64,000 bases of DNA from a virus (Duplodnaviria > Caudoviricetes): positions 444-64,443 of IMG/VR virus record IMGVR_UViG_2695420965_000002; one strand, given 5' to 3'. Below are positions 56,705-64,000 of the stretch, piece by piece (the first letter of the stretch is position 1; each line of letters opens with the position of its first letter). The notes under the pieces were generated by a model that was not told the origin of the DNA, did no database searches, and saw nothing but the letters and a program-made list of their open reading frames with translations. Position numbers and translations under genes: made by a program.

Positions 56705-56722
56705 TTTGTCAGACTGACAAAT
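56704..56722. promoter_or_regulatory. 19-bp palindromic site, copy 8 (ATTTGTCAGACTGACAAAT, perfect)
   Basis: intergenic, overlapping a stop codon. Confidence 0.75.
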
Positions 56723-56761
56723 GACAGGTTTCACACTGGAACATGATCGCGGGGCTATCCG

Positions 56762-58594
56762 ATGAGCGACCTACTCAGCACGACACTCGGAGCCGTCGGA
56801 GCGGCTGGCGAGGCTCTAGATAAAGTGACAGGTGGCCGTGCCCTTCGTGGTGCGCTCGCCGGGAAGCCCCGCGAACTCATGTCGTTCGTGCCTTTTTCTG
56901 ACTCAATGGGTCTGACAAACGAAAAAGATAAGACTACAGGTCGCGACCTCACGGACGCTTACGGGCTCACCCGTAAGGGAGACGATTCGTTAGGGTCGCA
57001 CGCGGCCGGGTTTTTGGCTGACACGATCGCATCGCCGCTCAGCCTGGCGTCGGGTGTCGGGGCGTTCCGGGCTGCTCCTACGCTCGCCAAAGGGATAACC
57101 CAGGGAGCGAAAGCGGTTACAGGGCTCGACCTCTTAGATCACGTTGGAGCTGGCGCTAAAAAGCTCGGCTCATTCGTCGGAGACGAGGCTGGTTCCCTTC
57201 ATGTTAACGACTCGCTATTGAAACACCTACCTTGGGCGGATCGAACCGACATTTCTGACGAGGTTCGCAACGCAGCGGCGTGGGCTGGGCCGCAGTATCC
57301 TGGAGGCAGGGATAAGCTTGCTGATGCGATCTCGGGACACAAAGACAATTGGCGGTGGATAGCGAGGAGCCTCGAAGATCATCCTGGGTTAGAGAAGATT
57401 GCCAACGAGATTCCTGAGGGTACGAAGTTTCTTGGAAACGGGGCCGAGGCGATTGCCTTAAAGTCGCCACAGGGTCACGTTATACGGGTTTCACCAAACG
57501 TCTCGGACTTCGGAAGCGCCGGCCGGGCGGACATCCAAGAGATCCTTCAGCCTTTCCGGTCTATCGAAATTCCCGGAGATTCCTCCAGGAACATACAGCC
57601 GTGGATCGTTGAGCATCTTCCTAGGGTGAATCCCGTAATGGAGGACGAGGATAAGGTTCGCGACCTACTCTATCGCCTCAATCAGTCCGGCAATCCCGCA
57701 GGATCGCTGAGTTTACGGAACCCAACCAGTCGTGCTCTTTATAGTCTAGAGAAGTCTGCTCTCGGGCTCGGGGATGATCTTGCCGCCTCGATCCGTAGGC
57801 AGCACTCGAACCTGAATCCGTGGGATTTTCACCGATACAACGTCGCGACCACCGCCGAGGGTAACGCTCTTGGGCACGACGGCGGCATGGTGAATTCGTT
57901 CGGACAGGGTGTGCCTCCTATTCGTCGCTATTCTCCATCGCCGGCAACGCCAGAAGCCTTGTCTGAGGCGGCAAGAATGGGTGGCACCGACGCTGTTCGC
58001 GAAGCGTTAGAGCGTGGGATCGCCACTGGATCGAAAGGCCAGGGTGTCGCGGCAGTCGGCAGCACGGATCTCGCTTCGATCTTCGCCGACCAGAAGATCC
58101 TTCGCGACTTTCTATCGACCTACGGGCACCTTCCCGATCAAGGTCCAACCCGATTGCCGGGCGTCAGCGGCTTCGTGAACGGCGGCAAGTTATCGTCGCA
58201 AGAGGTTCCTACTGCGTTCAGTATGATCGATGCCTTGAATCAATCGCACACCCCTGTAGGCGGCGGTTGGCCTTCGGTTTCCGATTTAGAACGCAGGTTG
58301 TCTGGTGGCATTGGCGCTAGCCATACGCCGATAGCTCATTCGCTGACCGGGCCTACCGCCAAACTGACGCCACCGCTCTCGTACGACCAGGCGAACGTCG
58401 ACGATATTTTGGCCGCATTTAATGATGTAGGCCCGGCGCAATACGACCAGTTCGGGGCGAAGCTGCCGTTAGATTCTGGAAAACAAATCAATAACGATGA
58501 CAGCTCTGGATCATCGCACTTGAACTCAAAGTTGTATGGTACAATTCTAGCAGCACTTATGGGGCGAAACATGCTCCCCGCCGAGGAGAGGTGA
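56762..58594 (+). CDS. internal virion protein with a central protein-kinase-like domain
   Basis: FLGNGAEAIALK (G-loop), WDFHRYNV (catalytic loop), HDGG (DFG-like); N-terminus paralogous to the next gene. Confidence 0.6.
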   Translation: MSDLLSTTLGAVGAAGEALDKVTGGRALRGALAGKPRELMSFVPFSDSMGLTNEKDKTTGRDLTDAYGLTRKGDDSLGSHAAGFLADTIASPLSLASGVGAFRAAPTLAKGITQGAKAVTGLDLLDHVGAGAKKLGSFVGDEAGSLHVNDSLLKHLPWADRTDISDEVRNAAAWAGPQYPGGRDKLADAISGHKDNWRWIARSLEDHPGLEKIANEIPEGTKFLGNGAEAIALKSPQGHVIRVSPNVSDFGSAGRADIQEILQPFRSIEIPGDSSRNIQPWIVEHLPRVNPVMEDEDKVRDLLYRLNQSGNPAGSLSLRNPTSRALYSLEKSALGLGDDLAASIRRQHSNLNPWDFHRYNVATTAEGNALGHDGGMVNSFGQGVPPIRRYSPSPATPEALSEAARMGGTDAVREALERGIATGSKGQGVAAVGSTDLASIFADQKILRDFLSTYGHLPDQGPTRLPGVSGFVNGGKLSSQEVPTAFSMIDALNQSHTPVGGGWPSVSDLERRLSGGIGASHTPIAHSLTGPTAKLTPPLSYDQANVDDILAAFNDVGPAQYDQFGAKLPLDSGKQINNDDSSGSSHLNSKLYGTILAALMGRNMLPAEER

Positions 58595-58595
58595 G

Positions 58596-61500
58596 ATGGC
58601 TGGACTGGATCTCGACATCAACCCGTTCAGCGGCAGCGACCCATTTGGGCCGAATGAATTCGGCCTGAGTGGCAGGCGTGGCTCATCCTCTCAGGCGGCA
58701 GCCTATAGGCAGCCGCTTAAACCCGAGGAGTTCAAGTCGGTCGGCCAGAAAGCCCTGGACACCGGAGCCAGCGGGCTCTCGTATGTACTTGGCACGCTCG
58801 ACAAGCCAGGGCAGGCGGTTCGTGGTGCTCTGGCTGGCAAGGGGGTTTCGGCGCTCAAGAACCTGATCCCGTTCTCGGACTCGCTCGGCATCACCGGCGA
58901 ATCGGACAAGACGACGGGCCGCGACCTCACAAACTTGGCAGGGCTCACCAGCAAGAATGACAAGGGCTGGGGCGCGTGGGGGGCCGGATTGGCGGCGGAC
59001 ATCGCAACCGACCCGCTCACGTACATGACGTTTGGTGCGAAGAGTGCGATGACAGGGGCCGGAAAGGCGGTCCAGAAAACCGGAGCACTGAGGGGCTGGA
59101 CGGGCCGGCAGATGCTCGAAGGTTTTCACGGCGTTGAGCCTACTTTAAAGGCGGCAGGCAGCACTGCATCTGACTTGCAGCACATGGGCGATCTCGGCCG
59201 GCGGCTCGCCAGCCAGGAGTCGGCTGACGCGGTGACGAAAGCGGGTCTTGGGTCACTCCAAGCGAATCAACCCCTCTCAGGACTCGTCCGCATCGGCGTT
59301 CCGTTTGGTCCCAGCACTGCGTTCGGGACTGGCAAGACCGCCCAAAATATCGCTGGTGCCCTCGATACGGCTGGCGATTACCTGAAGTTCGGGAACCCGG
59401 TCGGCCGTGCGGTTGGCTCGCTGTTCGATAGCACCCGTCATGGGGCGGTCGACAAGATCACCCAGAAGGGCGCGGCGAAGTACCTTGATCCTGCCCTGCA
59501 AACGCTGAAACAGCGTGGGCGTGACGAACGTTTCGGCCTGATCCGTGAGCTTGATCCGCTCGTGTCAGCAGGCGGTCACACGGAGCGGGCTATTAATGAT
59601 GCCGCCAGGGCGGTCGCTGAAGAGGTTCCGCATAGCTTCGATCCGGCTTTAACTGCAGCCACCAAGACGGCTGCGGCGCATGTCCGCAGCGTCCACGGAA
59701 CGCAACTCGCTGAGGCTCGTGCGGCTGGTGCCGGCCTCAAGGATGTTTCGGATGACTACGCGAAATACGTTCACCGTTCCGCGTTTCCCGAGAACCCGGC
59801 CAACCTCCAAGTCGGTGGCAACCCGAGCAATATGTTGCCCCTGACGAGCGGAGCAAATATCGGCCGCGACGAGATTTTTCGCGACATCCCTGGCGGAACT
59901 AACCGACTGAACGACTGGTTTGATCGCTTCGCGGGAGTCCCGAAACGGAAGGCGGCGACTGCCAACGCGATCAAAGTCGACATGATCGACGACCTGACCC
60001 GAGGCGGCGGACAGCTCACTCCTAATATCGAACAGCAGTTCGGAGACAAGGCCGCTGCGCTCGCCGAACGGCTTGCTGTCGCTAATCCCGCCTACCGATC
60101 ACAATCTGCAACCGCGACCACTGACGCCATTCAGGGAAAGCCATTCTTCTCGCCTGACCTCACTTCCGACTTTACGCAGCGCGGCATGCAGCACGCGAAC
60201 ACGATCGCGAACGCGAAGGCTGCGACCGGCATATTGGCCGAGAACGCGAGACGGAAAACGGCCGGCGACTCCCTGGTTTCGCTCGACGTTCTGGCGCGAA
60301 AGCTTGGGCTCCGGACCACGCCAGCCGACAAGGTTGCGGGCACCCCGATAGAGGGGGCGCTTGTCAACCTGTTCCGGGGTTTGGCTCCGCATGGTGTCGG
60401 CAAGGTCGACCCGTACCTGATGGGCGGAACCCGAAAACTTCGTAAGCAGGTGGCCCAATTCGGGGTCACTCCGGAGCACGCCGAGCAGATCACAAAAGCC
60501 TACGGTAAGTGGACGGCCCCCGAGCAAATCAAGTCGTCGCTCGGCGCGTTTGATTCAGCAACGAACGCTTTCAAGGCCCTCGCCTACCCGATCTGGATCC
60601 CGGCTCACGTGCGGAACGCGATGACCGCCGCGACAAATAATGCACGCGAAGGCGTCGGAATCCCGCAGTACCTCCGTCAATTAAAAGTGATGACGGGACG
60701 AGGAAAAGCGGACCTGTCTGGCGTCCACCCGTCTCTCGCCGGCCTCGCTCCCGACCAGCAGATCGAGGCGATTCGCCGCATGCAGTACGGAAGCGGAAAC
60801 ATTTTTGGCGGGCACGGCATGAACGAGGAGATCGCCGGGAACGCCAAACAGGCGATCGATAGCGGCAAGCGATTCACTCCTAGCGTGCCCGGTTCTGATC
60901 GTGTCGGGGCGCACGGAAACCTTGCCGCCGATACCGCTGATCTCGTGATCAACCAAGGCTTGCTCGGCTCCTTGGGTGCCACGGGCCGAGCGATCGGCGG
61001 CTCCGTGAAGGGCTTACTTGACCCTAGCCGCAAGTGGGGCCAGTCATTCGCTGAGAACCTCGGAATCAAGGGGGTTGGCGGCGCGGCGGCGGACACACTC
61101 CCGGCAGTGAAGGCGGGCCGAATGGCAGGCACGAATATCGAGGACTTCTTCCGGGGTTCTCAGTGGCTCAAACAGGTCGAGGGCGGTGCCTCTCCTGAGT
61201 TCGCGGCTGACGCTGTCAACAAGCTTCACTTCGACTACGACGCCCTCACCGGCTTCGAGAAAAATGTGATGCGTCGAGCGATGCCGTTCTACACGTTTGC
61301 GCGACGAAATCTGCCCCTGCAGCTCGACACGGCAGTCCACACGCCCGGCGTCATCAACGCGCAGTACAAGCCATTCCGCCAGCCGACTCCGGGTGAAGAG
61401 CGGCCCTACGTCCCCGCGTACCTCGATAGCGGAGTCTCGATTCCGACCGGCCCTGAGGTGGATGGCAAGCGTCAATTTGTGAGCAAGTTGGGCCTGCCTG

Positions 61501-62078
61501 CTGAGGAGGCGTTCGAGAAGATCCACTTCAAGAACGGCCTACCAGACGTGAAGAGGACGGCTCTCGATTACATGGGCCAGTTGAACCCGCTGATCAAGGC
61601 TCCCTTGGAGCAGCTCTTCAATACGCAGTTCCACACCCAGCGTAAGTTGAGCGATTTGCAGGCTCCGCAGACGGCCAGCGCGATCGGCCGTTTGTTCGGC
61701 GACGACAACCCGCAGTTGCTCGGGCAGATCATGAGTAACTCGCCGTTAACCCGGTTCTTCACGTCCGCCGACAAGCTGACTGACCCCCGGAAGACCTGGG
61801 GCCAGAAGCTCATCAACCTAGGAACCGGCGTGCGAGTGACCGACGTTGACGTGGACAAACAGCGGGCGATTGACACCAGAAACGCCCTCAATGAGATCCT
61901 TGGCGAGCAGCCAAACCTGAGCCAGTATTCGAGCTTCTACGTCAAGCCTGAGGATCTCGACAAGCTCTCGCCCGAGGAGGTCGAACTAATGCGGGCCTAT
62001 GCGACCCAGCAGGCTCAAGCCAAAGAATACGCGAAGCGGCAACGGGTCGGCATCCGACAAATTCGGTCTGGCGAATAA
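58596..62078 (+). CDS. large internal virion/ejection protein
   Basis: 1160 aa, Ala/Gly-rich; C-terminal FDYDALTGFEKNVMRRAMPFYTFARRNLP motif typical of large phage ejection/polyvalent proteins. Confidence 0.7.
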   Translation: MAGLDLDINPFSGSDPFGPNEFGLSGRRGSSSQAAAYRQPLKPEEFKSVGQKALDTGASGLSYVLGTLDKPGQAVRGALAGKGVSALKNLIPFSDSLGITGESDKTTGRDLTNLAGLTSKNDKGWGAWGAGLAADIATDPLTYMTFGAKSAMTGAGKAVQKTGALRGWTGRQMLEGFHGVEPTLKAAGSTASDLQHMGDLGRRLASQESADAVTKAGLGSLQANQPLSGLVRIGVPFGPSTAFGTGKTAQNIAGALDTAGDYLKFGNPVGRAVGSLFDSTRHGAVDKITQKGAAKYLDPALQTLKQRGRDERFGLIRELDPLVSAGGHTERAINDAARAVAEEVPHSFDPALTAATKTAAAHVRSVHGTQLAEARAAGAGLKDVSDDYAKYVHRSAFPENPANLQVGGNPSNMLPLTSGANIGRDEIFRDIPGGTNRLNDWFDRFAGVPKRKAATANAIKVDMIDDLTRGGGQLTPNIEQQFGDKAAALAERLAVANPAYRSQSATATTDAIQGKPFFSPDLTSDFTQRGMQHANTIANAKAATGILAENARRKTAGDSLVSLDVLARKLGLRTTPADKVAGTPIEGALVNLFRGLAPHGVGKVDPYLMGGTRKLRKQVAQFGVTPEHAEQITKAYGKWTAPEQIKSSLGAFDSATNAFKALAYPIWIPAHVRNAMTAATNNAREGVGIPQYLRQLKVMTGRGKADLSGVHPSLAGLAPDQQIEAIRRMQYGSGNIFGGHGMNEEIAGNAKQAIDSGKRFTPSVPGSDRVGAHGNLAADTADLVINQGLLGSLGATGRAIGGSVKGLLDPSRKWGQSFAENLGIKGVGGAAADTLPAVKAGRMAGTNIEDFFRGSQWLKQVEGGASPEFAADAVNKLHFDYDALTGFEKNVMRRAMPFYTFARRNLPLQLDTAVHTPGVINAQYKPFRQPTPGEERPYVPAYLDSGVSIPTGPEVDGKRQFVSKLGLPAEEAFEKIHFKNGLPDVKRTALDYMGQLNPLIKAPLEQLFNTQFHTQRKLSDLQAPQTASAIGRLFGDDNPQLLGQIMSNSPLTRFFTSADKLTDPRKTWGQKLINLGTGVRVTDVDVDKQRAIDTRNALNEILGEQPNLSQYSSFYVKPEDLDKLSPEEVELMRAYATQQAQAKEYAKRQRVGIRQIRSGE

Positions 62079-62157
62079 TTGGTTTGCATTTCTGATTCTG
62101 TGACCTCGGCTCGTCTTGAAATTGCTACGGCTGAATTACCACATCAGAGGGGGCTAT

Positions 62158-62364
62158 ATGGCTAGGAAATCGTTACAATTGTGCGACGATCCAAAGGAAT
62201 CAGTCGAGATCGTTTATACTCACGGCCCAGCCAACGCGACCAGACTTGCCTATTGGGAGGAGTTCTGGACGTTTTTTATGGCCGAAATACTCAGGGAAAT
62301 GGAACGCCGCGATGCCAATCGGAAAAGCCACGTTCAAGCTAAAAGAAGCGATAGTGCCAACTAG
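62158..62364 (+). CDS. small hypothetical protein upstream of the integrase
   Basis: GAGG RBS, overlaps the integrase start. Confidence 0.5.
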   Translation: MARKSLQLCDDPKESVEIVYTHGPANATRLAYWEEFWTFFMAEILREMERRDANRKSHVQAKRSDSAN

Positions 62365-64000
62365 GCGCGCAGTGATCTACACGCGGGTAAGCGACACAAA
62401 CGAGGGAAATAATGGTGTTTCCCACGAGTTTCAAGAGACAGCATGCAGGTCAAGGGCAGCCGAACTAGGATACGAAGTTATCGAGGTGTTTCGGGATAAC
62501 TTCAGCGGCAAATACCTGCACGAGAGGCCAGAGCTTTCCAGGCTCCGCGAACTCGTCCGACAGGGACATATCCAGGCAGTGTTCGTTTGGAAACTGGACC
62601 GGTTTAGTAGACGGCTCGCACAGCGAGTGATCTGCGTCCAAGAGCTAAGGGACCACGGATGCCAGTACATCAGTGCCACCGAGGAGATTAGCGATTCGCC
62701 CGAAGGGAGACTGCTTGAGTCGATCCTCGGCGCTATCGCTGAGTTCGAGGTCGAGAGGACGCTTGAGCGGTCTCAGGCCGGGATCGCTGTGCTCAAGGGT
62801 CGCTGTCTTCCGATCTGCCAGGGCAAAGCGCGATACGGATACCGGTACATTAAGGAGTCTCGGACCAGGGAAATAGTCGAAGATGAGGCGAAATGGGTTC
62901 GGAAAATCTTCGAGTGGTGTGTCGGCGGTGACAGCAGTATGGTGATCGCCGCCAGGCTTAATCGCTTCGGAGTCTTATGCCCAGCGGTTGGCCGTGGAGT
63001 CAAAACCAGAGGGGCATCTCCCCAGTGGCATTCGTCAACCATCCGGTCGATCTTAAAGGATGCCTCTTACGCCGGCGCGCCGATGGTCTCAGGCAAGAAG
63101 AGGTCAACGGCCGAGGTGTCCCGAAAGGGCCATAAGCGAACCGAAAAGACTAATCCAGCCGAATGGTGGAAAGCCAAAGATCCAACGCCGCCACTCGTCG
63201 ACAAAGAGACGTTCGACCACGTACAAGAGGCCCTGCGGTCCCGCCGAAAAACTCGCGACGGCCGTACCGCCGAGTATCCGCACCTGCTACGAGGGATGGT
63301 GAAGTGCAAAATCTGCGGCCGTAGCATGTCACCCTGGAAGACTAAAAATCCGGCCGGAAAGACCTACTTCTATTTCTGTTGTGTCTCGCGGCAGATGGGA
63401 TGCAATTGTGGAAACGCCGTCACGCCTATTGCGTGGCTCGACGAGCAAGTTTGGTCATCCGTCGTCAATCTCATGCGCGACAAAGACGCTATCGAGGCGA
63501 GATGCCGGGAGTTCATGAAAGAGAATAAGTGCGATGACCTAGAGAGAGACCAAGCCGCGCATCAGTCGAAGATTTCCGAGGCCCGCGAATCTATTCAGCG
63601 GCTAATCAGGATGCTCGGTTCCAGCGACGACCCGGAGATCCTGACACCTCTCCAGGGTAGGCTGGCAGAACTCCGCAGCAACATTGAAGCACACCAATCA
63701 GAAGTTCGGCATATCGAGTCAAAATTGTTCACCGTTAAGAATCAAGCTTATGCCCTGCAGCATTGGGCTGAGGCTTGTCAAGTCGGTGGCGAGATTATCG
63801 ACGAGGAAAATGTGACATTTGATTATAAGAGGAAGCTTCTTAAAGCCCTTGACCTGCAAGTGTTTGCGGCAAAGAAGTCGATCCAGATGAGCCTAGGACT
63901 GCCGTTAGTTATACCGGATTCCTCTCCTGGGTTGGCAGCTTCACCAACATCGCCAGCGGCAAGACCGGACGTGAGGGGGGCCATAACTACGAGGCGATGA
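62354..64000 (+). CDS. large serine recombinase (integrase)
   Basis: YTRVS, KLDRFSR, YGY, recombinase domain, zinc ribbon (LRGMVKCKICG...YFCC...C), coiled coil. Confidence 0.92.
   Translation: MPTRRAVIYTRVSDTNEGNNGVSHEFQETACRSRAAELGYEVIEVFRDNFSGKYLHERPELSRLRELVRQGHIQAVFVWKLDRFSRRLAQRVICVQELRDHGCQYISATEEISDSPEGRLLESILGAIAEFEVERTLERSQAGIAVLKGRCLPICQGKARYGYRYIKESRTREIVEDEAKWVRKIFEWCVGGDSSMVIAARLNRFGVLCPAVGRGVKTRGASPQWHSSTIRSILKDASYAGAPMVSGKKRSTAEVSRKGHKRTEKTNPAEWWKAKDPTPPLVDKETFDHVQEALRSRRKTRDGRTAEYPHLLRGMVKCKICGRSMSPWKTKNPAGKTYFYFCCVSRQMGCNCGNAVTPIAWLDEQVWSSVVNLMRDKDAIEARCREFMKENKCDDLERDQAAHQSKISEARESIQRLIRMLGSSDDPEILTPLQGRLAELRSNIEAHQSEVRHIESKLFTVKNQAYALQHWAEACQVGGEIIDEENVTFDYKRKLLKALDLQVFAAKKSIQMSLGLPLVIPDSSPGLAASPTSPAARPDVRGAITTRR

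Larger units (their letters stand above)
1..64000. mobile_element. temperate phage/prophage with podovirus-like virion genes, probably Planctomycete host
   Basis: terminase, portal, capsid, replication genes and integrase; no host housekeeping genes; no tape-measure or sheath gene seen. Confidence 0.88.

Noticed and set aside
20000-62000. Further hammerheads from isolated CTGATGA/TCATCAG matches
   Set aside because: The matches I noticed lie inside CDSs without the GAAA and stem context; this was a manual scan, so a covariance search could still find more

Overview
The whole window looks like most of one large temperate phage or prophage (about 60% GC). The host is probably a Planctomycete, judged from two ORFs resembling Planctomycete-typical families. 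A large serine integrase sits at the right edge, and the element probably continues past the left edge. Layout: (i) 1-14.1 kb, a leftward early/accessory operon with a resolvase, a DUF6094-type methyltransferase, a sigma factor, a hexapeptide-repeat protein, an L7/L12-like protein and many small ORFs; (ii) 14.1-15.7 kb, a non-coding divergent region; (iii) 15.8-19.9 kb, rightward scaffold/capsid genes; (iv) 20-36.1 kb, leftward membrane/peptidase, nucleotide-metabolism and replication genes (HD hydrolase, DUF5664, MazG, sigma factor, antirepressor, SF2 helicase, ParB, Prim-Pol, Rad52); (v) 37-62 kb, rightward terminase, portal, podovirus-like tail and ejection genes; (vi) the integrase. The main finding is an array of seven type II hammerhead ribozymes on the coding strand of the early operon (7358-12460). 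Most sit directly between one gene's stop codon and the next gene's RBS. Minimal tRNA-like elements lie in the same transcript (12.7 and 13.8-14.0 kb). Together these suggest an RNA-programmed system that cuts a polycistronic phage mRNA into gene-sized units, which might circularise. A 19-bp palindrome (ATTTGTCAGWCTGAMRAAT) also occurs 8 times across the element. All protein calls rest on motifs recognised by eye; no database search was run.
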